NCBI GenBank assembly: GCA_002269645.1
Contig: NIVC01002901.1
Span: 62,001-126,000 of the forward strand
DNA from: Macrostomum lignano
Taxonomy: Eukaryota
Direction of reading: 5' to 3'
Length of the DNA stretch: 64,000 nucleotides
In this document: one piece after another, positions 51,556 to 64,000 of the stretch
How positions within the stretch are numbered: the stretch's first letter is position 1
How the letters are laid out: every line of letters begins with the position of its first letter
Translations under genes and position numbers: made by a program
Notes under the pieces: generated by a model
What the model was told of the DNA's origin: nothing
The model's database searches: none
What the model saw: only the letters and a program-made list of their open reading frames with translations

Positions 51556-52828
51556 ATGTTTCAATGTAGTGCTAAGCATCCTCTAGTTTCATGTTCAATT
51601 ATTTTACAAAAATAATGACTTCCTTAATTATTGCAAATAAATATTTGAACTCACACAAATGTAAAAGATGTCAGTGTATTAATTCTATGTCTATATGTAC
51701 TAGTTTGAGATAGCCACTGGCTATGACAATGTATATGGTCAAAACCTACAATTACTCCTTGTTTTTTAAAAAGGACAAAAGCAAGAGGGACTGGGATTCT
51801 AACAAATTTTTGTCTTGCTAGCTTTCTTGTCAATCTTGGCTAAACTTTATAGACTATAACAACCTAAATATCTATATAAACATTATAGAGGGCATATAGA
51901 TACATAGGCAACAACTTTAGCAATTATCCTCTTTTAGGTAGCATACTATTTATGATATCTAAAATTCTTTTAAGCAACTTAACAAACTTTCTATTATTCT
52001 ATTGCTAAAAATTTGTTAAAATATTATTAAAATTTCAAGAAATACTTAAGCATATAAAAGTCAATTTGCTAAAACTAAAAATATATAAAAGTTTTATAAA
52101 TTAGGTCCTACATTATCTTTTGTAATAATAAAACAGAGATAGTATATGATGATCTTCTCTTGTAACTGGTTTTAAAATTTTATGTATAATTAGAATTATT
52201 GCATTAGCGATTAGGCCTATATTATTATATTTATAATATATATTTAATAAAATGAAATTTAATAGGTCTAGACTATAGTCATATAGATAGAATCTTGATC
52301 TTGATTTGAATATAATAAGATGATAAAATTGTAGAAAAAATATGATACTACTAATTTTACTTAATCCTAAAAATCTTGAGTTTTTTTATATTATTAGAAA
52401 ACAAAAAAACTAAATTAATGCACTAATTAAAATATAAAAACTGAATATCTATTGATTTACTTTGTTTAGCCTAGCCTATCTTTCTTACTTTTGGCAATAG
52501 CCAAAATGAATTATAATATAACTTTTTAAGTATAAGCACTAAGCCAACTAAGGGCATAGGTTTTAGGTGACCAAGTAACTTGTAATAAGTGAATGGGGCA
52601 ATATAGACCTCTGTCAACTGTTCTAAAAAAATCTTGAATTTGAACTAAAATATTGTTTGAAAGTTTGCAACACTTAAAAAAATAGTAAAAAATACAAAAA
52701 TGGTAGATAGGCCAGTGTATAAGATCTTCTATCTTACTATCTATCATGATTGATTAACAATTGTCTGAGAATAGGCATAGGCCTAATGCACTATGCACTG
52801 ATCTATAACCTAGCAATGTATCAATTCT

Positions 52829-53118
52829 GGTAATGGCTAGAGTTCCAGCACCGGAACCCATTTTCTAACAGCTAGGGATCCGGCAATGCCATATAGAAGC
52901 ATATAAAGACTGCTAAGAACATATCTTAAGAAGTCTGAATATTAGAAGCATCTTATCCCAAATCATATCATATCGTCTTAAATTTATATCTAGAACAAAA
53001 TCTCAATATTAGCCACCTGTAGAAAGAAATATATAATGTTCCATCTATATTATAATGGCACTGCCGGATCCGTAGCCGTTAGAAAATGGGTTCCGGTACC
53101 GGAACTCTAGCCATTGCC
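52829..53118. mobile_element. 290-bp MITE, probably Mutator/MULE-derived
   Basis: 64-bp TIRs (52829-52892 and 53055-53118; 58/64 identical) starting GG, and a perfect 9-bp TSD ATCAATTCT (52820-52828 and 53119-53127). Confidence 0.88.
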
Positions 53119-56100
53119 ATCAATTCTAGTAATTACAATATAATTTATTATTTAGTGCAGACAAATCTATTTGATGACAACAGACTAGTAGCCTATATAA
53201 ACCACAAATGAATCAGATAAGCCAGATAATATAGTGTAGGCCTAAAATTATGAGCGATTTGAATATTTAAAGTGATTTTACTGAAAACACTTGTTTCAGA
53301 CTTTCAGGCATAGCGGTAGGCCAGGGGGGCCAGGCCGCCAGCGCCCAGGGGCCTAATAAATTTTTTAAGAACCACAGCTTATCGGAATTGCAACAAGTAG
53401 TACATAGCACTGCATGATAGGTTTGGCGATGTACTTTAATGACAATACTTTGACATGTTTGTCATTTTTCGTTTTTTTCGCGACTCTAGATCCTAGATCA
53501 AGCTGACTGGTCTTGATCAGGTCAAACCGGTTTTATGTCGAAAAGTATAAATTTACGTAAAAGAAAAGTAAAACAAATAACAGGGTTAGAATAATGCTAA
53601 ATATTAGTTCAAAATTGTTTTAAAATCAGCGACAAGCTACTTAATAAACTTTTTAATTTTCAAGCATATTTTAAAGCAATATAAATGCTATAAGAATACC
53701 GGCTTAAGAGTAGAACTGCAGATCATAATAATCGTGAATTAAAAGTGTTGCTGCTTCTGGTGATGATGAAGATGAGGATGCTGGCTCTGATGGTGCAGAC
53801 CCTTGAGTTTAAAAAGTAGGTCTACACGAACAAATCTTAGAAGGTGTAACTCAACAGATATACATGTACTGACCAAAACTGGCATTTTTAGTTACGAAGG
53901 AAGGAACTTGGAAAAGTAGCATCTTGCTACTTTTTATGTCTACTATATGCATTTAAATTATTTGAAAGAATATATATGCCTTTGATTAACACATACTTAG
54001 CAACATAAATGCTGAATGAATTAAAAGGTTTCTATTTTGGTGATAATTTGGGTCGTCCTCGGGTTATCTGCATGGTGTCGCAAGCCACAAAGCCAAAGAG
54101 TCACAGTATGCGCCGCAACATAAGTAAAGTCTCCTCATATAACCATACAAATACTCTTTTTAGTATTTTTTTAGTTTTTGTGTGTAAAAATAGTATCAGT
54201 TTGTGTTTTGTTACTTTAGTATGAGAATCTTTCCTGGTGAGAAAACATTTGTGATTTTGAGCGCATAATTAACTGTATATAGGGGTATAATATGCCCCCT
54301 GCAGCCATAAGTCAAGTACGGCCCGGCTGTAATATCAACATGCAGATAAAGTGCGCATGTCTCAAATTTACTCAAAAGCCACACGGGAAATTTAGTCAGT
54401 TCAACGCAGGAAACCGATATTCTTCAAGATTCTCAAACAACCTTTACTATTAACTCCAACAATTCCAACAAGAATCATTTCTTTAATGTTTCTTAATTTC
54501 TTCCATATTCTTGAGACCTATATTTTTCGCGAAGATCAATTTAAGACTTTAAGCCTTACTGTTAGTAAACGCTTGAACAAATGATTGCACAATTTTTGTA
54601 AAAGCTTGAAAAAGTTTTACCGAGCTGATTAAAATTCTGTGTGACTCATGTATGCATACGTAGTCAGTTTCATCAGACTGAACGAGCGTTCAAGTCAAGA
54701 GAATAATTAGAGTGCCGTAGGCTATACGTTCGTATAGGCTATTCAAATTATAAGAACTGCAGCGACTAAAAAGTTAAAATCAAATCGTCGGAAAAGGCAT
54801 TTTCACGTTGCTGTAAAAAATAGGGTAAATTCGAGCAATATCCACATGAGATCTGAGGGTGCTCGAACACAAAATGCACAAATTGCAAATCCGTATATTG
54901 TTTTTCTCAGTTTTGGCATCTGTGCGAACCGGCACTGGATTAGGTTTCTTGCCTGACAAATCGATGCAAGAGAAGCCATCGCAACTTTTTGCTAAAGATC
55001 GCAGACTGCAGCAGCAGAGCGGCAGAAAAAGCAAAGTAAGCCAATAAGCAAATTGCAAGAAGTCAGCCTTAGGCTTTTCCGCCCCAGAGCGGACATCTGC
55101 GCAGTGTCTGCGGCATGCAGCTGGTGGTGCGAAATGCAGGCGAGCGCAGAGGAACTGCGCGCAGTAACGCGAGCAGGCAGCTTTCTTGTGCGCCGGTGCG
55201 CCGCCATTTGGGACAAGCGGCAGGCAGCGGCGGATGGAAGCCAGCCGGAATCTAGACCATGCAGTCGCAGAAAGGCGCAGCCAAACCGGGGGGACAAGCT
55301 AAGCAGCGGGAACCACCAAACTGCTAAGGAAATTAGCTGTAAGAGAAGTGACTGGCGAGATGTTTGTAGAAATTTTAGTCGCTCTGCTTCTGCTGATTCG
55401 ACAAAAGCAGCCTGCGTTCGCAGCACCAAGGTCTCTACCTCATGTTGGTCCCAACTTGATGAGGCCACTTAATAGCTTAGCTTGCTTGCAGAGTTGAGAC
55501 TCCGCGGCACAGAAGAAGTCTGGAACCGATTGGGAAGCCGCGGCTCTGTTCTCTCCTAGGGGCAGCAGCAGCAGCAGCAGCGGCAGAAGACTGCATGCAG
55601 TGGCCGGGCGGCTTCGCATCCCTCAGATTAGGGTCGGACAAAGCTGCTTATCTCGCCCGGGGAATCGGCGGGATTCCTTTGCAGACGTCAGTAAAGGGGA
55701 GCGGAGATGACTGAAGGATGGGGCAGAAGGGGCGGCTCCCGGGGATCAAGCGAAGGCAATGGGAAGACGGGGCGAGTGGGGCGCAGCCGAATCCATGGGA
55801 TTGCGATTCCCCGCTGAGGTCTGGGAAATGCGTTGGAGGCGGCGGGGGGAGATTGCTGGGATTGGCATCCGGGAGCGCCTGTCCCCTGCCAGCAGTCCCC
55901 CCGGCTGCAGCGGTGGAGGCTCGGCATTTAGTGACGGGGACACCGCGGCGCTTTCGGAGGCCGTTTTGGGGGTTCGCTGGATGCAGCATGCAGGGGCAAC
56001 TTTGCTTATGCAAAAATAACTGTTTAGCTGTGGCCCCGATACGGTAGTGGCAGCCTAGCCAGTTGACAGGAGTGTGTATGCCATATTTCCACACTATGAC

Positions 56101-56844
56101 AGCCTGTCCACAGCACAGCTCCCTATTGTTGCCTCGGCCTGAACGTCACACAGGCAGTGCAACGCGCGGTGCTGTAGGTCCCCATCAGCGGTGCTGAGTG
56201 TTGAGCGAGTGCTGGCAGGTTGCGCTCTGCTGATTAAATAATTCAGGGCCCGCCGCCGCCGCCGCCGCCGCCGCTGATGCTGCTGCGGTTGCTGCCGCTG
56301 GAGGGGGGGGGGCTGAATTGCGCGATGATGCCTCAGCGAGTGCTGCTGAAGCCTGCGGACTGGCTGAGCGGGGAATTTCAAGGAAGGAAGGAAGGAAGCG
56401 CCAACCGCCGCAGAGAGGGAAAGGGAGACCGGCCCACCCGCGAGAATGAAGTGGGCGATGGCGGGGGGGCAGACAGGCGGGGCCTGGTTTTCCCAGCGCT
56501 GAGATTGGCAAAGACGGGGAAGCGACCCGGGCTCTGAGTAGTCTCAGTCTCTCTACTTTTCTCATCTCAGCAGCCTCATAATGGCGACTTCCCCAACCCC
56601 CCGCCAGCTCTGCCTCCGACCCCACAGCGACTGAGTGAGGAGCTCAGACTCAGGACTGGCGAGGGATGGGATGGGAGGTTTTGAGGCCAATTGATCTCTG
56701 GGTCTGGGTGCGGAGTCTCTGGGTCTGCTTTGCTTCTAGGATATTGGATGGCAAGGCTGCCGCAGATCATGGGAGAAATGAGATTAGGAAGGGGAAGGCG
56801 AGTGAGGGCCTGACGCAATGAGATTTGAGGGGCAAGAATGGAGA

Positions 56845-56965
56845 GGAGAGAGTCGGAGAGCAGTGAGACTTGAGATGATACGGGCGGAGAGCAGTGAGAC
56901 TTGAGATGACACGGGCGGAGAGCAGTGAGACTTGAGATGACAGGGGCGGAGAGCAGTGAGTCTTG
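56845..56965 (+). repeat. ~31-bp tandem repeat (GGGCGGAGAGCAGTGAGACTTGAGATGACAC), about 4 copies
   Basis: Directly visible. Confidence 0.85.
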
Positions 56966-57954
56966 AGATGGCAAGGGGCGGAGGCCCGGCAGAACGGCCA
57001 GTCGATACGCAAATTGCAGGGAGAGGCGGACAGTCGGCCGGGCGGGTCTCCCCGGACACCCCGGACACGCCCAGGCTGAGCAGTAAGAGCAGTTTTTGAT
57101 TGCTTGAGGAAACAGAAGACAGAGAGCTCTCCTATACATCAGATTTTTAGTTACCAAGCCAGCCTCATCTGCGACTCGCCTCCCTCAGCTTCTCAGGAAT
57201 AAAGACTCCCCAAGCCGGAATCCCTGCAATCTCATGCGAGGAGTTTAAGATTGCATAAATTGCTTAAAATTCTGCTTCTGCATGACCAGTTCGGCAATTA
57301 AACGATTTTTTCCATTAAAATTCGAACGAAGGATTTTGCGAGCTTCTATAGACAAACGCCGATTGTAGCAGACTGATGGATGACAGAAGTTGACAACCAG
57401 CTCTGAGGGCATTGTGATGTGCGAACTGCTTTTTACTGCGCAGCTTCTTACTAAAAGCAAAAAATAGCACAGCAAATTTCTGCTCAACTTGGTGATATTT
57501 TTCACCTCTGTTTGCTTTCCGCCCCTCTCCTCAACATTCGAAGACCCCCGCTCGAGTGGCTTTATCTGTCCACAGTCCGGCAGGTCCCGCGGGCTGGCAC
57601 CATTACAGGGCGATAAGGCCCGCCCGCTTGAAGGCGGCCAGAGTCGCCTGCGGGCCTCTCTTATCGCCGGGGCCGAGCGGGGACCTCCCGTGTGCAGAGT
57701 TCACTGCTCAGCCGGCCTTGTGGCTCATTGGCTTTCCTGAGCGTTCTCTGCCGCGGTCGGTGTGCCCCTTAGCCCTGATATCTGCCAGTTTTGAAACTGG
57801 CTTGACCTCTGGCTTGATAGCTTTGAGTTGGCTTGAGAATATTTTTAATACCCATTTGGAAACGCCGAATCTGATAGGTAATTATGCTTAGGTAATTGGG
57901 TAATTACGCTTAGCATATTAAGTTTCCTGTTGAAGCAAATTCGGGTTTATAGGT

Positions 57955-58270
57955 ACTTGCTAGTTTGAGTAGTTTCGGGTTTGAGTAGTTTCGGGTTTTA
58001 GTAGTTTCGGGTTTGAGTAGTTTCGGGTTTGAGTAGTTTCGGGTTTGAGTAGTTTCGGGTTTGAGTAGTTTCCAGTTTGAGTAGTTTCGGGTTTGAGTAG
58101 TTTCGGGTTTGAGTAGTTTCGGGTTTGAGTAGTTTCGGGTTTGAGTAGTTTCCAGTTTGAGTAGTTTCGGGTTTGAGTAGTTTCGGGTTTGAGTATTTTC
58201 CAGTTTTAGTAGTTTCGGGTTTGAGTAGTTTCCAGTTTGAGTAGTTTCCAGTTTGAGTAGTTTCCGGTTT
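57955..58270 (+). repeat. 16-bp minisatellite (GAGTAGTTTCGGGTTT)
   Basis: About 19 copies. Confidence 0.95.
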
Positions 58271-59143
58271 GTTCAGGCTTGTGAAATTTCCACTGTCTGG
58301 ACACTTAACAACACAGTCTTAGTGGAATTTTGACCCCAGGAAAGTAAATCGAAGAGCTTCATCAGCTCAATATTGAATAGTTGGGCACTTGAATAGAGAC
58401 ACAATTTGAGTAGCCACTCACTGCTGGCCCCCTGCCTGCCAGATGTTGCGTCTCGGCCTGAGTTCACTCAATGGGAGCTGTCGATAGCGGGGGGAGCCCC
58501 TTCAACGGTTCTCTTTCAACTCATATTTGCCCATCGCTGCCTCCTAATTTCTGTTGTCTTTCGCTGCCGCGCCCGCCTATTCGGGTCTCGGGTTCTCTTG
58601 AGCCGCATTAACAATGGGGGAGGGGTTGGGCAGGGTTGGGGTGTGGAGGCAGCACCGCTATTGAGATTCTGCCTGCTTTTGATGAGGCAGCCATATAGAC
58701 GCGTCACGCGATAGCTTCATCATTGTGAGCTTCATAGCAGCCCCGAGTGTGTGAGTAGTGAGTTGGCCACCGCCTTGGCCACAGCACTTGGCTCAATGCG
58801 CGCCAGTCCCCGCTCTGCTCTCTCTCTGCAGCGGGTCTCAGCTGCCCCCCCCCCCCGGTAATTCAACAGACTTCTGTCAGTGGCAGGCGGCACAAAGAGG
58901 CCAGGAAGGAGGCTGTCATCGCGCGCTGAACCTGCTTATTGAGAGTCTGCGAGGCCAAAGCTTTGAGGCTGGAGTGGCTGGCAACTCGCGAACAGCCAAG
59001 CTGTGAAGAATAACCCGACTTAGTGGTCTGCGGCGGCCAGCCTGCAGCACCGAGCCAGAACTCAATTCGAGTGCGTCACCGCGCGATGAGTAACGCAGCA
59101 GAGCTGCTCTGAGCTCAGCCGCTAATTGAAGCTGTTTAACATT

Positions 59144-59740
<597 letters not shown>

Positions 59741-61737
59741 TGTTATCAAGATTCCTGCAGTTGCCGCTTTGCCGTTTTTGCGAAAAAGCCCGCAACAACA
59801 GGGAGAGCAGTAAAAGCAGCAAGCAAAGTGCTTGGAGCAGCCAGAAGAAGGGGAATATTGATTTCGACTAAGCCTGGAACTTCCCCAACCAAAAGCAAAG
59901 CAGTGAGTGGTCTCCCTGGGAAAATCTCCCCAATCCCCAATCTTTGCCTGCAGTGTTCGGCAAGCCGGCAGGCTGGGCGATGAGGCTGCGGATGCAGCAC
60001 CTGTGAGTGGCTGGCGGGCGGCGTCCAATCAGAAGTCGCCCTCGCCCGGGCCACGGCAGTCTCTGAGGCCCCTGCCGAGTGTGACACAGCAAAGCTGATG
60101 GAAACGCCCGAGACTGATGAAGGAGGAGGCTGGGGGAGTCTGGGCAGCTCTGCTGACGTGCCTGAGAGAGATTTCTGACAGAACATCAACCGATGCAGGG
60201 GGCGGCGGTCAGGGAGGCTGCGCCCGCCTCTCGTGCAGCGATGAAGAGGGACTCGCTGCTGCATGTCTAATTAATGGGGCCGACAGCTTCAACCTGACCC
60301 CCCGCTGTCCCCTCCCCTTTCTCGCCACCATTCATTCCAGGTGATAAAAAGTGAAGCAAACGAAGTGAATTAAAGCGACCAAACAAAGAATTGAGCCCCA
60401 GCTGAGAAATTGGCTCAACCAGCTCACACGCAAAGTTCACCGACCTGGTCACTGCGTCCAATTTACAGATTCGATTATTAAATAAAACAGTGGCTGGTTG
60501 AGTAAATGTTTCGCCCCTCAGTGTTGGCAACCGCTTGCTTTGACGGCATTGATTTTGGCGGCTGGTGGGGAGGTGATTTGAAACTGAGGCCCTGGGAAAG
60601 CTGGGGAACAAAGCCTCGATGAGAGAGCATGCCCTGCAGGAGTCACACGCTTCACACACAGCCTCCTTCCTCGTCTGCCTTCTTCATCTTCACTAAAGCT
60701 CCCGGAGGACTCAACACAGGACGAGTGCGTCATTAGAGACCCTGTCTTCTCCCACCCCTCTCACTCTCTCTTTGATGAAGTCTGCTCCAGCATAACTTGG
60801 CCCTCGGGTCGCGGGGCCTGAGCACTCAGACACTTCTCTTAGAGGCTGCAACTGGCATTCTTCTCTCTGCTTTGCAGGCGCCTTTGAAAGCCTGAAGAAA
60901 TTTTGTCACCTGGCGCACCTGACAGACAAAGGCAATACAGGATGGGAGTCTGCGATAGCCCGCAGGCTTTGTCCCCAAGGAAATGGGAAGTCGGAGGGGA
61001 TGCGGGATCTGCAACACGCTGCTTTTTTGTTTTATGACAGGAGGCTTTTCCTGCTATTGATACAGGCTTGCTTTTATGGCCATGATGGAGAGTCTGGGAT
61101 TCTGGTCGGTCAGGTGTGAAATGTCGGAGAGCCCACCTTGCAGTTCCATCGTGCTGCTGCCTGTTTCTGCAACCAAGCTGAGTCGAGCCAAACTCAGTCG
61201 AGACGAATTCTCTCAGCAGAAGCTCCCGCTGATGACGCAGCTCAGCATGCGATGCGACTTGTGAAGGCTTGGAGTTTCGCCGCAGCACTTTCGCGCATGC
61301 AGCGGCAGCCTCGCAACATTCATTAACTTGGCCTGGCGCCCCCTCCCGCCCAAAGGCTTGGGATGAGGATTGAGGATGGGGGGAAGGCGGATGCGCGGCA
61401 GCTGGAAGGCTCCATCACAAACCCTGCCGTCACAGTGGGACCTCCAGACCGGTTCTGTGCCACCCCCCCCCCCAGCCCGACAGCGCCAGCCTCCGCCTGC
61501 ATTTCATTTTCCCTGGGCATATTTTATGCGACGGAAACTGGGCCAGGGCAGCCGCATCCTCAGCCCGGCTTCCCCGGCCTGCCCTACCCGCCTCTCTCAT
61601 CCCCTATGCATGCAGAGTCCCTCTGTTTCTCTTTCTAATGCCTTGCGCCGAACACGAGAGAGCGAGGGCAGCCCTAAACTGCAGCAGCTGCGGTGCAGTA
61701 CCCAGCTGCACCTACTGAAATCTCTGCTCTCGGTTGT

Positions 61738-61850
61738 GGAGATGGATTAGCTGCACCTACTCTCGGTTGGGGAGATGGATTAGCTGCACCTACTCTCGGT
61801 TGGGGAGATGGATTAGCTGCACCTACTCTCGGTTGGGGAGATGGATTAGC
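61738..61850 (+). repeat. 33-bp tandem repeat (GGATTAGCTGCACCTACTCTCGGTTGGGGAGAT), about 3.3 copies
   Basis: Directly visible. Confidence 0.9.
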
Positions 61851-62399
61851 AATGCATTCTACAGGAGCTCAGCATGTAGTGCTTTTGTATAAATTTGACT
61901 CGCAGCCGCAGGCGGAACACAAGTTGAGACAGACAGGCAGGCATAGACGGAAGGCGGTAGAGAAGCACACAATACATTGAGAGCACACGAATGCGGGCCT
62001 GCACGCTCCGCTGAGCTGCCCTTGGCCCAGCCCAGCTGTCTGAGAGCCATGGGGCTGGCTGTGTAGTTGCAGCCGCGGGGGTGGCTGGGGACAGCCTAGC
62101 AGTTTTTGGTACTGCAGCAGCTGCAGCAGTGTAGAGGGGCTTCTGCAGCTCTCAACGTGTGTCGGCGCTGCTGCAGTGCTACGGAGCGCGACAGAGTGGA
62201 GTGGCCCCAACCCAGCAACCAAAAATGCCATTCATTGATCTATAGGGACTTTATTCCCCACCGCAGCTGTGTGAGAGGCAAGGGACAGAGACTATGAGAG
62301 CTGTAGGTAGACGAAAGGGTTCAGTTTTAATTAATGGATCGCTCTGTGGTCAGATGTGGACACCTGAACTTGGCGACCCTATGAGTTCAAATGGAGCCC

Positions 62400-62850
62400 T
62401 TATAAACCCAAAAGTAACACCCTAATAGACCCGAAGCAACACCCTTACAAAGCCTAAGCAACACCTTTATAAACCCTAAGCAATACCATCATAAACCCTA
62501 AGCAACACCTCATAAACCCTAAGAAATACCTTTATAAACCCAAAGAACACCCTTACAAACCCTAAGTAACACCCTTATGAGGCCCTAAGCAACACCCTTA
62601 TGAGGCCCTAAGCAACACCCTTTTGAGGCCCTAAGCAACACCCTCATAAACCCTAAGCAACACCCTGATAAACCCTAAGCAACACCCTGATAAAACCCTA
62701 AGCAACACCCTCATAAACCCTAAGCAACACCCTCATAAACCCTAAGCAACACCCTTATAAAACCCTAAGCAACACCCTCATAAACCCTAAGCAACACCCT
62801 TATAAAACCCTAAGCAACACCCTCATAAACCCTAAGCAACACCCTTACAT
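62400..62850 (+). repeat. 22-bp minisatellite (AAACCCTAAGCAACACCCTCAT)
   Basis: About 20 degenerate copies. Confidence 0.92.
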
Positions 62851-63719
62851 GTATGAGCCCAAAGCAACACACTTCGGCACACCCATAGTAACTTGAATCT
62901 TATCAGAGAACCAAGGGCCGCCGGGGTGCAGCTTCAGACTGCCGCAGGCCGTCCACCTTCTCCCTTGCACTGACTGACAACAGCGGCCTGTAGTGATAGA
63001 CTGTCGCTACAGCAAGATAAACTTGTTGGGGAAGGGGGGCACAGTTACGCTGCACTTCAAAGCCGACGCCATGCACAGGCCAGAGGGACCGAAGGCAATC
63101 TGTAGGCTTGTCTGTTGTCTCATGCAGGAACAGCGCAGGGTTTAGCGAAAAATCACAGAGAGACAGAACTGCAGATAAGACCCAGAGCAAACGCAGCTGC
63201 GACTCAGTCTGACACGCAAAAGCAGGCTAGCTGCTTTTCTCTCTCTCTCTCCTCTCTTTTGAGTCTTCCTTGAGTCCTCGCAATCAATCCCGCGGAGAAA
63301 AATCGCCCCCGCTTCCCTGGCAGGAAGCGAAAGAATTTTTTATCGTGTAAAAAGTTGCGCTGGGCGCGGCTTTTCTCTTAGAAAAATTCTTTTTTTTCAT
63401 TTTGTTTTCAATTTTTGCTTTCTCTCCTACTGATTTCCTTTCCTTGAGCGCTAGAAGACGAGGCTGCTCTGCTTCTGCAGCTAATTCTGCAGTCGCCGTT
63501 TTCACGGCCTCTGATTGGTCCAGAGGCAGCCCAGCCAGTGGCTGCCGGGCAATGTCGCCTGCCTGCCAGACAATGGCAAACAGATGAAATGGCAGAAGAA
63601 GAGGTTTTGAAGTTTCCATAGCAAGCAAGATGGTGACCGGGATAGTGACAAAAATTTGTGCCTGGGTAAAAATTCCGTATTGAGCATTTTTGCCTACTTG
63701 GGGATAAGAAAGATGTAGT

Positions 63720-64000
63720 GGGATTTTTGGATTTGAATATCAGTACGGAAACAATAATTGGGATTTTATAATGAAATAAGGGAATTTCAGGGCCAAATAG
63801 GGGGATTTCGAGATCGAAAGTGAGATTTTGGGACCAAAAAGCGGGATTTCGAGATGAGATAACGGAATTTTGGGATCAATTAGCGGGATTTTGGGATCAA
63901 ATAGTGGGATTCGGGGATCTAACAGCGGGATTTCGGGATCAACTAGCGGGCGGGATTTCGGGATCAAACAGCGGGATTTCGGGATCAACTAGCGGGCGGG
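63720..64000 (+). repeat. ~21-bp degenerate repeat (AGCGGGATTTCGGGATCAAAC) running off the window end
   Basis: Directly visible. Confidence 0.85.

Noticed and set aside
53320-54335. hAT-like non-autonomous element bounded by GC-rich ends (CAGGCATAGCGG... / ...GTACGGCCCGGCTG)
   Set aside because: The ends are not convincing inverted repeats and no TSD was found.
62400-62850. Interstitial telomeric repeat (CCCTAA within the unit)
   Set aside because: There is only one CCCTAA per 22-bp unit and no tandem (TTAGGG)n run.

Overview
This is eukaryotic (metazoan) genomic DNA, not prokaryotic. It has spliceosomal GT-AG introns, GC-rich Ala/Gly-rich exons, and roughly 30% tandem repeat by my hand tally (about 19 kb in about 30 arrays). 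The style resembles the flatworm Macrostomum, but that is inference only. Five host genes can be reconstructed by hand. (1) The 5' part of an HFM1/MER3 meiotic helicase (- strand, 7 exons, 2494-6432). (2) An intronless SLC16/MCT monocarboxylate transporter (+, 17568-19607). (3) An LMO4-like LIM-only gene (+, 3 exons, 20821-26678). (4) MCRS1/MSP58 (-, 2 exons, 36598-38410). (5) A TENT4/PAPD5-7 (Trf4-type) non-canonical poly(A) polymerase (-, 3 exons, 44608-49377). There is also an unidentified acidic ORF at 263-1036. The mobile DNA comprises a decayed, 3'-truncated Ty3/Gypsy (Mag-like) element interrupted by a near-intact, full-length LOA/R1-group LINE (14-bp TSD, TAATG stop-start junction), a tRNA-derived SINE with TSD, and a 290-bp MITE with 64-bp TIRs and a 9-bp TSD. 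The most unusual pattern is that satellite arrays start at exon edges, and some repeat units are copies or mimics of the splice donor, splice acceptor or stop-codon context. Most long ORFs in the supplied track are artefacts of these repeats. I found no CRISPR, rRNA or true tRNA genes, and I cannot support a wholly new enzymatic system in this window.
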